From contig NC_043003.1 of assembly GCF_006345805.1 (NCBI RefSeq), positions 54,126,001-54,190,000 of the forward strand: DNA of 64,000 nt, given 5' to 3'. Of this stretch, positions 51,867 through 64,000 are shown one piece after another; position 1 is the stretch's first letter; each line of letters opens with the position of its first letter. Origin of the DNA: Octopus sinensis (taxonomy: Eukaryota). The notes beneath the pieces were generated by a model, which was not told the origin of the DNA, made no database searches, and saw only the letters and a list, made by a program, of their open reading frames with translations. The translations under genes were made by a program, and so were the position numbers.

Positions 51867-53132
51867 GGCGGCGAGCTGGCAGAATCGCTTGCACGCCGGG
51901 CGAAATGCTTAGCGGCATTTCGTCTGCCGTTACGTTCTGAGTTCAAATTCCGCCGAGGTCGAATTTGCCTTTCATCCTTTCGGGATCGATTAAACAAGTA
52001 CCAGTTACACACTGGGATCGATATAATCGACTTAATCCGTTTGTCTGTCCTTGTTTGTCTCCTCTGTGTTTAGCCCCTTGCGGGTAGTAAAGAAATAGGT
52101 ATTTCGTCTGCCGCTACGTTCTGAGTTCAAATTCCGCCGCGGTCGACATTGCCTTTCCTCTTTTCGGGATCGATTAAATAAGTACTGGTTACGCACTGGG
52201 GTAGATGTAATCCACTTAACCCCTTAATGGATTATCCCGAGTTTACTCGTGCATCGCAAATATATCTTTTTGGAACCAGACGAGTATACTCAGTCAAAAT
52301 TAACTTTTAATTTTAGCACTCAAACGAGTTTGTTTTGTGTCGTTTCATTTTTGAGCAATCACTAATTTACTCGCGTTATTTTAAAAATAATAATTATTTT
52401 TTCATTTGATGGGTTTGGCTATCTGGAATGCCTATATTTTATATAAAGCATCTTTGGAAACTTCAGCTTCTGCTATTAAACCGCTAAATTTAGAATGCAT
52501 ATAATCACAAAGATTATTGAAAAATTTGGGCCCTTATTGCCTCCCACGAAACCAGGAAGACCATCATCGATCCCACATCCAACAAGATTTGTCCCAGCTG
52601 GTCATTTCCCATGGAAATACCAAGTGATAAGGAAAAGAACCCTACAAGACAGTGTGCAAAATGCGCAGAGAAGAGAGACGCTAAAGGAAAGAAGATTCGA
52701 AGAGGAAGCAGATAAATGTGTGATGTCTGCAAGATAACTTTGTGTGTAACTCCTTATTTAAAAATTATCATTCTAAATAAACTCAGCTTTTAAAAATTTT
52801 CCTTTGATTTAAAATCAATACATCTTATAAAAAATCGAAGATAGTTAAGTTATATGTATTTTTCTAAGTCCGAGTTAACTCGTTTAAATCAAATGAGTAA
52901 AAGTACATTTTAATTTCTATGATAAAAAATAAAAGAAACAAGATAAAAAAAAAGCAGCTTCCTTTGTAATTAACACAATGTATATAATTAAAAAAGGAAA
53001 AAAAAAATGCTCTAAAATGAAAGGCCATGTCAAAATAATTGATTCATTAAGGGGTTAATCTCTTTGTCTATCGTTGTTTGCCCCCCCACCCACCCGCTAT
53101 GTTTAGCTCCCTGTGGGCAATAAAGAAATAAA
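51867..53132 (+). mobile_element. Dimeric SINE family 1 interrupted by a piggyBac element
   Basis: Head, module 1 (to 52,096) and module 2, which is split at its TTAA and resumes at 53,059 with the tail. Confidence 0.88.
52220..53054 (+). mobile_element. Non-autonomous piggyBac deletion derivative, 835 bp
   Basis: TTAA at 52,216-19 and 53,055-58; TIRs CCCCTTAATGGAT / CCCCTTAATGAAT. Internal transposase C-terminal cysteine-rich domain NPTRQCAKCAEKRDAKGKKIRRGSR*MCDVCKITLCVTP. Confidence 0.92.
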
Positions 53133-53699
53133 AGTAATTGCACTTGTATTTAAGTCTTATGTTAGAAACTGCAGATAAACCTCCTCCAAATCACAACCGC
53201 CTTTCTTATAAAAAGTATATCATATTTGGTAAATGTTGATTCGAGATATGAGAAAATGACCGTGTGATCACGGTTTGAACACCGTTGATCATATTAACGA
53301 AGGCTGTGAGCTGCTTGAATGCTTAGAGAGTTAGACAAATGTGTCATTGCATTTCTTCCAGCCCTTTACGTTTTCAGCTCAAACCCCGCAGAAATAAACC
53401 CCACAAAATAAAGTAGCAGTCAAGTATTGTGCACGATGTATTCCACTTATCCCTATTCATGCTTAAATTTCCGGCCCGGTACTTGTATTAAAAACAAAAT
53501 AATAATAATAATCTGTTTTCTGCTACAGGCACAAGACTTGAAATCGGGGTAGACTTGGGTGGATAGTCGATTACTACTACTACTACTACTACTACCACTA
53601 CTACTACTACTATCTTTTTGAAGACAGTAGACTGTGATTTAAAGGAAATTGAAGAATAGGCTATAGTTCGTGTGCTTTAAGGGAAATTTCGACGATATA

Positions 53700-54075
53700 T
53701 TCTTTTACTCTTTTACTCGTTTCTGTCATTTGACTGTGGCCATGCTAGGGCACCGCCTTTAGTCGAGCAAATCGACCCCAGGACTTATTCTTTGTAAGCC
53801 TAGTACTTATTCTATCGGTCTCTTTTACCGAACCACTGAGTTACGGGGACGTAAAGACACCAGCATCAGTTGTCAAGCAATGTTGGGACGACAAACACTG
53901 ACACATACACACGACGGGCTTCTTTCAGTTTCCGTCTACCAAATATACTCACAAGGCTTTGGTCGGCCCAAAGCTATAGTAGAAGACACTTGCCCAAGGT
54001 ACCACGCAGTGGGACTGAACCCTGAACCATGTGGTTGGTAAGCAAGCTACTTATCACACAGTCACTCCTACGCCT
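53700..54075 (-). mobile_element. SINE family 2, near full length
   Basis: Complete head and (AAAAGAGT)n tail. Confidence 0.9.
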
Positions 54076-55559
54076 ATAAATAAAATATGGTGAATGAGTT
54101 GACTTGATATTATAAAGAAATTCTTTTGATGGGAGAATAGTAGCGAAGAATAGAAAAAAATCATGAAAAAAAAATGGCAAAAGAGAGATTAGCATCGCCG
54201 ACTTCAAAAATGAAGGACTGCCTAGTGAGAACTAAGGGACCTGTTTTGAAGGTTGAAGACCCATAAATCGTCTTTGATATTAAGTGAAAGAGTTACAACA
54301 ATACAGTCGATATCAAACCATATCAGGCATTTAAGTAAGTAGAAATTTCAGATATAATTTCCTCATCATTTTCGAATATAAATATAACACTGATAAAAGG
54401 TGAGAAAATATTTGATATTCATGAAATAATAATACCTCCCGGGAAAAAGGAAAAAAAGAATAAAACAAAGTCAAGTTCCTTTCGACAAAATAAATCTCCT
54501 GATAAATTTCATTTTTGTTGTAGTTATTACATTCGACAGAAAAATTTGTCTGATGATCACTACGAAAATAGATTCTGGAACACACCCAAATCTGTTTATT
54601 AACTTTCACCTCTCGTTAAACATTACAGTGTTTAGGAGAATAGTTGTGATCTGCGTCAGCAAAAATCGGTCCAGTAATAAGTTCAAAAGTCATAATTAAT
54701 CAACTTATTGAGGTTCTTATTTTACTTTGATCTCTGTGTTTACTGGATTAGTAATGATAAAGTATGCATGTACACGCACCTCATACAGATACACAGTCGT
54801 ACGTACACACACGTACTCACATGTACAGGTATACGTATATGTAGACGTATATACGTAGACACATATATACGCATTTTTACCTACGTACACGCATAAATGG
54901 TTATATATACAACTACCTCCATCTTCATATGAGCTCATCTGCGAGAGAGGCTCTATGTGGTTTGCTCGGTTGCTAGAAATAGCAGGCAATGCTCCCTCAG
55001 ATCACACAATAGTCTTAGAAATTCACATGAAATTATGCCAAATTATGAAAAAAATAGGTGTGTGTGGGGGGCGGGGGGAGATAGGACGGTTATGGCTGGA
55101 ATGCTTTTGATTGTAAATCAGGAAAATATAGAATGATCAAAGAGGGAGATATTAAGTTATGCAGCCTTAAATAGATTATGCAAGAACTAAAGCCAAGATG
55201 GTTGTGGTTCGGTAGTCTTTAACAAGATATCTGCTGAATGAGGTCTGGCTTGGAGCTAAAGATCAACAGTATCACAGTCACTGGCTCGTACTGGACAATT
55301 CTTACGTCCGAAACCGAAAATTTCAGCCTCAAGCTCGTTGTTATTATTGTTTAGCACCTGTTCAACCTTAATTGAACAAGCTTGCATGGCCATCCTTTGT
55401 TACAGTTTAGCAGGGTCTACACTGTTGAATATCATTCGATTTTTTTTTTACTTAAGTCGGTAGTAAGTCGAGGGATATTTGGAGATTTGGCTGTTCTCTC
55501 TAGCAAATCGAGAAAGCGTGTAAAGTCTCATATTTACAGTTGCTGTCACATTTTACCCA

Positions 55560-55990
55560 TGGTTTTATTTCATCTTCAACCACACTTCAAGCTCGGTTCC
55601 ATCCTAACATCGTGATCTTCAAAACCCCTTCATTCAACCCCACCGTCCACAGATCCGTGTTTAGTCTACTTTCCTTGCATTCTTCCATCAGCACTTCCTT
55701 CAGTCCGACTTTTTCGTCTCATGCTCTTCCTCTGCCATTATCCCTAACTCACAACATGGTGAATTTCACGGATGTCAAGGTTCACCACTTCTATCCCTCT
55801 TCCTCTACTAATGCTCCCAATGTTTTTTACTCCTGCTAGCAGTTCACATAACCTACAAACAGTTCAATTTCCCCAAATGTTTTCATTTATCACTCCTTCA
55901 AAAATGTGATGCATTTCCCCTACTGTGATCCCTTTTCGGCCCATGTTTGCACCACTTTGCAAGTAATCTCTGCCAGCTGAGTAATCTCTA
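55560..55990 (-). mobile_element. Degenerate RTE-like LINE 3' fragment
   Basis: Decayed RTE ORF end recognisable only loosely. Confidence 0.35.
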
Positions 55991-56475
55991 AGAATGGGCT
56001 GAAAGAAAAAGTCAATAACAATACAAACAATGCTCTAAGGACACAATGATTACCTCTCCTTCTTCATAAAACTCACTGAAGATGGTCATATAAAATGAGG
56101 AAGCAATGACAAAACGAATCTGTATTGCTGACATCGAAAATAGATTGTTCTGTGAGAAATCTTTCTAATTTACTACTTTCCTCCGTATTCAAGCGCAATT
56201 AACTCACCGCAGTGTTGTCTTTGTAGTACTTTCTCTTTTTCTTTGACGGTTTCCACCACCAAGTCTCGTCTGCACTTTTGGTCTTGTTTTCTGAACCACC
56301 ACTTTGTGGGTAGAAAAACTATATTGCAGTCAAAATCTCCTTCAGACTCGCGAATATGAATTGAAGGTTTTGTCTTGGGAATAATTCTACCCCAAGACTC
56401 TGAATTCATTACCTTATAGTCATCATTATAACCAGTGTTCTCTATTCATAACTCTGAATGTTCACTCCAAATTCC

Positions 56476-56507
<32 letters not shown>

Positions 56508-56572
56508 TTGTTATATAGGTGTGTGCATAATATATATATATAAACATACATATATACATATACATGTATATA

Positions 56573-56655
<83 letters not shown>

Positions 56656-57332
56656 TACGTATACATATATAATATACACATATATATTATATATATACAC
56701 ACGCAGATAAACAGACACACACACATATATTATAAGCACACGCGCACACGCACGCATTTAATGTTTGAAAACAGCTTAAATATCATATTTTATACGTGAT
56801 AAAGATGGAGCCTGGTTTTGAGACAACAGTTTAGATGTTCAAATGGTGAAATAGAAATAGTTATGAGACAGAGACGTTGGTTATGAAAATCAGCAACATA
56901 CCATGGTGATTTAACCCTCGACAGCTTTCTGTACGTTAAATATAAATAGGGTTATGCCTTAATTATGCAATATAACGAATTTAAAAACATACATGAAATA
57001 AATTTATCTCAATAATTTGTACATAGTAACTCTCTCAAGAAGTGTTTAAAATCTCAAAACAAGAAGCAAAGATTATTTAAAAAAAAAAACATTTGACAAA
57101 TTTTACAAACAACGATGATTCTGAAGAATGGCTAATGAAGACATGTTTGGAAGGAAAATACACGTTCCCGCCTTAAGAAAACTCCTCAGGGAATCATGTC
57201 CTACATAGCTTATAAAATTAGGAAGTGATCTACTTTCATTAATGTTTTTTGCTGTGGTTATTTAGTATACAGATCACACTCTTGAGCTATGTACTTTCAG
57301 CCATATTATGGTTTTCATATGAATATAGGTAT

Positions 57333-57542
57333 ACTCTTTTGCTCTTTTTACTTGTTTCAGTCATTTGACTGCGGCCATACTGGAGCACCGCCTTTAATCG
57401 AGGAAATCGACCCCCAGGACTTATTCTTTGTAAGCCTAGTACTTATTCTATCGAGTTCTTTTTGCCCTACCGCTAAGTTACGGGGACCTAAACACACCAA
57501 GCTATATTGGTGTGTGTGTGGGACAAACACAGGCACACACAT

Positions 57543-57579
<37 letters not shown>

Positions 57580-57735
57580 CATATATACGACGGGCTTCCG
57601 TCTACCAAATCCACTCAAGGCTTTGGTCGGCCTGAGGCTATAGTAGAAGACACTGGCCCAATGTGCTACGCAGTGGGACTGAACCTGGGACTATGTGGTT
57701 GGTAAGCTAGCTTTTTACCACACAACCACTCCTGC
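57333..57735 (-). mobile_element. SINE family 2, near full length
   Basis: Complete head and tail with internal (TA)/(TG). Confidence 0.9.
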
Positions 57736-58049
57736 GTATGTATATATGTATGTATTAATGCATATGTATGTAAGTATGTATATGCGTCTGCGTGTATGAA
57801 TGAATGTATGTGTGTATATATGATATGCATGTCGGTATGTGTGTATGTATGTATTATGATCCCTTCTGTTTTTAATTATTTAAATTCTTCCTCTCAAGAA
57901 GATTATTTCTGACAGCTTCAAAACTCCACTGTTGGAATGCACATAACAGCTATGCCACATTTTAAACTTGAGAAAATTCTTGCATATTTTTACTGTCCCA
58001 CCTATTGTATTTGTAATGTGCAAGTTAGTTGGTTGATTTATACTTATTG

Positions 58050-58784
58050 TTAGTATAAACTGGCGGTTACAAAACCAAGTGCACCAATTATTATTAGTGA
58101 TGCGAATTTGTGGCTTCCTGACATCAACTCGTCAGTAACTTGTAAACTGCACGCCTGCCTGGTGAGCCAACCTGCTTAGAAAGGAAGAAATAGTCGTACC
58201 CGACTGTAATGTCTTGTGTAATGGAATACTTCGTCGCCTGGGTTCACTTCGACCTTTACACCGACTGTGGTCGTAGCCAACTGCATACTGAATGTCTTGT
58301 TACCGTTTCGTTACGTTGCCATCTTTACATTCCACGTTCTTCACGCCACCAACTGATACTGCGCGTTCCTTCACCGGTTCAAATCGTCCACTGCAGCAAA
58401 GACGTACAAAACAAAGAAAAACGAGCAGCATGCTTCAGATTAGTCACGTGATCCATAAATTTATTGTTTCCTTCGTAACATTAGTACAAATGTGAATTTA
58501 CAACCTGGACTTAGAAGCTGGGGGTTTCGAAGCAGTTGTGCTCAGTTATCCTACTTCTCTGATTTTAAGAGATATTCGCACAAACAAGACGTCTGACCTC
58601 TAGTATGGTACATACATTTTGTTTTCTGTTTCAAACAGCGACATCCTGGCTGTTATATTTATCTTGACGGATATTTTGATGGGAATGTTCCACTTGTAAT
58701 CCTTGTGTTGATGTTTGCGTATGTATTCGATAATCGGTGGGAGTCTGTATATATATTCCAAAACTGTCTTCTCTCGGAACGGCA
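58050..58784 (-). CDS. Candidate 3' exon cluster of an unidentified membrane- or GPI-anchored protein (or pseudogene)
   Basis: Exon to 58,616 (donor AAT|GTATGT), exon 58,390-58,329 (strong acceptor, donor AAT|GTAAAG) and exon 58,171-58,050 (strong acceptor). Phases are compatible and end ...DELMSGSHKFASLIIIGALGFVTASLY*. Confidence 0.35.
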
Positions 58785-58786
58785 CT

Positions 58787-59586
58787 GTAAATTGGGATCT
58801 TTTCGGTTTGAACAGCAGTTTTTAACATAATTTCTAGGTAACTAAAAAATTTTAAACTTCATATACTGGTAGAAAGTGTTTATAAAACATCTTTTTCTCT
58901 TGGCTTTATTGAGAAAATTCTATAGTTTGTAAGATATTTGTTGTTTTTTTCTTCAATTTCTGCAATTTCAACCAATCAATGACGTCTATTGAAGTAAAAC
59001 ACATTCTGTGCCAAATGAATATGTCCCTCGTTTAAGAAACAGATTCGGTTTATTTACATTTCTGAAGAAAAAAAGATACCTTCCCCCCAACCCTAACCCT
59101 AACCCTAAAACAGATTGAAATGCAATAGATCGATATTAGGGTCATAATTATGGGGGACAATTTCATATGACACCGCTAGAAAAAACTGCCGTTCAAACCG
59201 AAAAGATCCGTAAATTGTTTTTGCGACAACATCGTGTCGCACAAGGAGTAGTACCTTGATATTCTCAAACAGATTGAAATGCAATAGATCGATATTAGGG
59301 TCATAATTATGGGGGACAATTTCATATGACACCGCTAGAAAAAACTGCCGTTCAAACCGAAAAGATCCGTAAATTGTTTTTGCGACAACATCGTGTCGCA
59401 CAAGGAGTTAGTACCTTGATATTCTCAAACAGATTGAAATGCAATAGATCGATATTAGGGTCATAATTATGGGGGACAATTTCATATGACACCGCTAGAA
59501 AAAACTGCCGTTCAAACCGAAAAGATCCGTAAATTGTTTTTGCGACAACATCGTGTCGCACAAGGAGTTAGTACCTTGATATTCTC
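58787..59586 (+). mobile_element. Non-autonomous Helitron/Helentron-like element with triplicated ~160-bp 3' module
   Basis: 29-bp subterminal inverted repeat (58,795-58,823 vs 59,181-59,209, 28/29), internal (CCCTAA)3, and 3' hairpin TGCGACA-ACATCG-TGTCGCA. Units start at 59,108, 59,267 and 59,427. Confidence 0.55.
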
Positions 59587-59962
59587 GAGCAGGTGATAAT
59601 CACACGTGATGCCTTCCACAGAAATATGACAATCTTCAATTTCAGTTGCATGCTTGGGGCTCTAAGTGATTACCAGTCTGTTTTGTTTATTAGGTATTTC
59701 GTAGCAATTACCAGTCCTTGGATAGCAAATGCATAGCCTTCGAAGTGTGATGTGAAGTATCTGTCAAGAGTCAAGGAAAGTCTGCGCTTCATGTGGATCT
59801 TATTGCTTTCTTCAAGCCCTCGGGAAACATACTAATGCATACCCTTTCTATGTATGTTTGCTGTAATTTCATTTTCCGAATTTACATCAATAAAGGACGA
59901 ATCGTTTTCTGCCAAACAAGCAAGACTCTTTCATTGCAATTATGACAATATACATATTTCTA

Positions 59963-59993
<31 letters not shown>

Positions 59994-60030
59994 GTACACA
60001 TATATATATATATATATTTCGTTTTTGGAT

Positions 60031-60102
<72 letters not shown>

Positions 60103-60409
60103 CGCGTGTGTGTGTGTTTGAGTGTCTGTGTATGTATATTCAACTGCTAGTCTAATTACCACCACACATTCTCTCTCACAACTCCCTTTCCCCCCCTCTC
60201 TCTCTCTATATATATATATATTTATACATATGTATACATTTATGTATATATATGCCTACATATATGCATACATATATATATACATGTCTGAGAAGAAATA
60301 TTGTGAATATAATTAGGATTAACTGATTCTCCTGTGTTTTCTTTTATCCAAAGCCAAGGACTTTTCAGCACCCTCTTGTATCTGAGTATGAGCCATTGAG
60401 GGAGACTTC

Positions 60410-60800
60410 TACATGGTAGCTAGAATTGGTAGAAATAACAGCTAAATCTCCCTCAAATCACACCATAATGTCCTAGGTATTGTATGATCCAATGATAGAG
60501 AGCTCTAAACAGGAGGTAGACCTGTTAAAATAGCAGCCAAATCTCCTTCAAGTACCACATATGTATGTATGAACCAATAAAACCTCTGCACGGTAGCTAG
60601 ATCTGGTTAAAATAACAGCCAAATCACCCTCAAATCACACTCATATATATATATGTCTCACATATATATATATATATTATATATTATATATATATATATA
60701 TATATGTCTCATATGTGTGTGTGTGTGTTGTGTGTGTGTGTGTGAGCCAATGAAGGAGACCTGTTAGAAACAGCACCCAAATATCCCTCAAATCATACTC
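60410..60800 (+). repeat. Four spaced copies of a ~45-bp module (TAGAAATARCAGCYAAATCTCCCTCAAATCACAC-like)
   Basis: Copies near 60,415, 60,515, 60,592 and 60,755; related pieces at ~29,610 (-), ~53,165 and ~54,970. Confidence 0.65.
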
Positions 60801-60814
60801 TACTCTCTTATTTA

Positions 60815-60973
60815 TGAGGCTTGGCTGTATGGTAAGAAGCTTGCTTCCCAACAAAATGGCTCCAGGTTCAGTCCCACAGCGTGGCACCTTCAGCAAGTAT
60901 ATTCTGCTATAGACTTCAACCGAACAAAGTCTTGTAAATAGATTTAGTAAACAGAAAATGAAAGAAGCCTCTC

Positions 60974-60975
<2 letters not shown>
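60815..60975 (+). mobile_element. SINE family 2, 5' half
   Basis: GGCTGTATGGTAAGAAGCTTGCTTCCC...GAAAGAAGCC, then (TA)n. Confidence 0.7.
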
Positions 60976-61035
<60 letters not shown>

Positions 61036-61289
61036 CAAGGATATCCAGAGGTAATGCAGTATCATCATTTCATGCAACTCCATTTAATTGAATAATGCAA
61101 TCATTACATCAATTTAAAATGCAGAGCAAACTTCAGCTGCACAAAGATAACAAATGGACACATTAGTATAATTATACCTAAAATCTCGAAGAAGTTAAGG
61201 AGACAGACAAAGAACTTGAGTAACTTCTAAACTGGAGTGAGACGGCATGTTCTTTATCTCCTTACCTTCTTAACTATATCCTTAACTCC

Positions 61290-61650
61290 TTAACTCCTTA
61301 ACTTTGTCTATCTCCTTAACTGCCCTCTTTTGAGTCTCCTGCCTTGATATTGGTTCATCCGGGAGTTTGGATAGCAGAAGGTCAAGTTCTTTCTTGAAAA
61401 CTTTTTCGCACCTTCATGGTGATACCTCAGATGTTTTGGCGGGGCGTCAAATAGGTATGCGCACTTGAACCCCAAGCTATTGCAGTGCATGGTCCTCATT
61501 CTAGACGAGATAGCTGGGATTTTTGGGACAGTGCAGTGTAGTCCTGTTCGGGTTTTGGTATAGCTCTCGATTCCGAAGTTTGATGACAGCCCAGTAGTAG
61601 TCCAGACAGCTGATGACAAATTTTCTCCATAGGACCACCACAGTTTCCTG
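61290..61650 (-). mobile_element. CR1/L2-group LINE 3' fragment
   Basis: ORF 61308-61619 (RTGLHCTVPKIP...NSLGFKCAYLF) resembles the same ORF2 end as 39.3-39.7 kb. Confidence 0.55.
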
Positions 61651-62329
61651 GTTCATGTGTGTGTGTGTGTGTGTGTGGTGTGTGTGTGTGTGTGTGATTG
61701 TGTGTGTGTGTATATGTACTTATGAAAATTAATAATCTTTCAATTTAATTGCTTACTCCTGTAGATACGCATGAACTAAAATAACATACACATGTCTTAA
61801 AATGAGTATATATATGTATGACCGAAAGACATAAGAAATTCCTTAGTTATGAAATATCAAATGAAAGGCTAAAATCAGTGAAGACGGCTGTAGTCTGCTA
61901 ATAATTTGTTAAGAGTCAAAATATAAGAAATTATGCTGACTTCGATGCCATACATCATCAACATTTTACAAAAGGAAAAAAATTCATGAAAAATATAATT
62001 CTAAAATGAGAAATTTATAATTTTTTTTTAAATTCAGAACAAGAAAGGAAGAACAATGCTGAAAATAGTAAAAGAAAGAAATTTGGAGTTATAAATCAAA
62101 TAAAAATATTGTAAAAAATTCAACAAATATAACAAGTAACAATATTGTTAGAGTAACTCAACAAATAACAAACGTCTATACATCTATGTACATGTACTGC
62201 AGGAGATGAATAACAAAATGTCCACTAGGCAGTTGTAATCACAAGATTGATGTTTTATTCTCCAGAATTTAGTTATGGCCAACAAATGGATGTTAGAATT
62301 TCCCAAATGTAGTATGAACACAAAACAGA

Positions 62330-62915
62330 TTTTATAGTAACTACAATGTTAAGATTACAGGATGGTAAAAGCTCTACAATTAATTATGTTCACGAAATGA
62401 TGTTATAGTCTGTACAATGTAGTTTAGGTCCCGAAATGATGCTATAGTCTCTACAATACAGTAATGATCACGAAATGATGTTATAGCCTTTACAATACAG
62501 TAATGATCACGAAATGATCTTATAGTCTCTGCAATGCAGTAATGATCTCGAAATGATGTTATAGCCTTTACAGTGTAGTTGTGATCCCGAAATGGATGTT
62601 GCAGACTCTACAATGTACATATGATCAGAAGGTTCGTGTTATAATCTTTACAATGTAGTTATGATCAGGAAATAGATGTTAGAGTCGTTACAGTGTGGTT
62701 ACCCTCACGGAATAACTGTCACAGATTGTAGAATGTGGTAATTACCACGAAATTGATGTTATAGTCTCTACAATATAATCACAATCACATGATAGATTTT
62801 ATAGTCTCTGCAATATATGTGTGATCCCGAAAGATGTTATTGTCTCTGCAATATATGTGTGATCACGAAAGATGTTATTGTCTCTGCAATGTAGGTGTGA
62901 TAACGAAAGATGTAC
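62330..62915. repeat. Degenerate ~39-bp minisatellite, ~14 units
   Basis: Recurrent GATCACGAAATGATGTTATAGTCTCTACAAT. Confidence 0.85.
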
Positions 62916-63109
62916 TAAGATCAGGAGATTGTTGTTGACTCTGTCAAGAGTCAAGGAAAGTGGAATAGATTTGATCATGGTCTGCCATCATGTGACCAGG
63001 TTGATCCCTACCAAACAAGACAACATCGAGCTGTGCTGTTGGTAGTGTTGTTAGTGTTGTTAGTATAATGGGGGGGGGGCTATTAGTGGTATTAGCTGTA
63101 CTGTTAGTA

Positions 63110-63310
63110 GCGTTGTTGACTCTGCTGTAAAACTGAGATCTCGACCTGGTTGTTGTTACCGCCTCTGCAAAACAGATCTGGACTTGGTTGTTGTTATCGC
63201 GACTGTAAAAGTTTGATTTCTGCTTGGTTATTGTTATCGCTACTGTAAAAGTTTGATTTCTGCTTGGTTGTTGTTATGTAAAACAGATCTGGACTTGATT
63301 GTTGTTATCT
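63110..63310. repeat. Degenerate ~40-bp minisatellite, ~5 units
   Basis: Recurrent GGTTGTTGTTATCGC.ACTGTAAAA. Confidence 0.75.
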
Positions 63311-64000
63311 TTATTGTATATTTAAGATGAGAATGAAGTGATTAACGCAAATGTAGTATTGGGATTAGGATCGCTGTTCCAATGCGTTGATATTAATTGA
63401 AGAATGAGCTGGATATTATAGAGCAAACATTTTTATTCAAACACATGGGTTGCTGTTGATGCTGATGGAAGCTGGTTTCATAAATTTTCCTCATGATGTT
63501 GGAAGGCCAATCCTGGTTCTTCAAACGTATCAATTTTGTCATTAGGAGGCGCGCGTTGCTTTTCAAAGGCTCATAGATATTCCTTAATTGCTGGTTCATA
63601 AAGTGACTGCATCCTGGAGGAGATCGGTGTTGAAAATACTAGGCAATAGTATTTTAGAAAGGATGATTTATAGTTTGCCATGCTAAATTTCTCCAACGCT
63701 GGCTGTTTTAAGAAATAAGTCAATGTCGTTCTTCAGAGACGCTGGCCGTTATGCATAATCGTTGGGGCTGAGTGTTTTTGCCCCCGCATTATTATGGCAT
63801 ATATTTGGAGGGTGGTGTAAATAATATTGTCTTTACATTACTGACAAGATTAGCTGGGCGTTATTGTTGCTGTATTCCCAATGTGATTGCAAACAAAGCT
63901 GAGTGCGTGAAGTAATTTCCATGTTGTTGGTAACAGGAGCTGAGTATTAGAATTGGAATATCCATACTATTGTGAACAATAGCTGAATGTATTATTTGTA

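Noticed and set aside
57119-57150. CTGAAGAATGGCTAATGAAGACATGT as a hammerhead
   Set aside because: GAAA box and stem II are broken; at most a decayed remnant.
58639-58718. Plus-strand exon candidate RHPGCYIYLDGYFDGNVPLVILVLMFA with tetraspanin-like GC motif
   Set aside because: Overlaps the better-supported minus-strand cluster, and no other tetraspanin exon (CCG) was found; kept only as an alternative.
59091-59108. Telomere or chromosome-end signal
   Set aside because: Only three CCCTAA units, inside a dispersed element.
63390-64000. Possible coding or retroelement sequence at the window end
   Set aside because: Stops in the frames examined and no diagnostic motif; needs flanking sequence.

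Overview
Eukaryotic, very AT-rich, microsatellite-saturated DNA. The SINE/LINE families and (TA)n/(TATC)n/(TAA)n density look like a coleoid cephalopod (Octopus-like) genome; that assignment is recognition from memory, not a database result. I find no intact multi-exon gene, CRISPR array, rRNA or true tRNA gene, and almost all ORF-track entries are translated microsatellites. Contents: (1) non-LTR retrotransposon fragments sorted by microsatellite. A Tx1/L1-clade family has four copies all bounded on both sides by (TATC)n, a sister Tx1 ends in (ATT)n, and R4/Dong-like RLE LINEs sit in (TAA)n and (TA)n; RTE, CR1/L2 and Penelope-like remnants are also present. (2) Many tRNA-derived SINEs, including a multimeric form whose 3' tail matches the Tx1 3' end. 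(3) An 835-bp piggyBac deletion derivative with exact TTAA duplication inside a SINE, and a Helentron-like element with a triplicated 3' end. (4) A 6.9-kb array of a ~530-bp unit that flips orientation at 33,400, and a ~205-bp-arm palindrome at the window start; both may be long-read artefacts. (5) A near-canonical minimal type I hammerhead ribozyme at 42,165-42,242 (-). (6) Low-confidence host exons: a TM plus juxtamembrane pair on + (to 14,712; 29,114-29,266) and a GPI-signal-like cluster on - (58,050-58,784). Most interesting: the microsatellite-partitioned retroelement system with its SINE partner, and the hammerhead.
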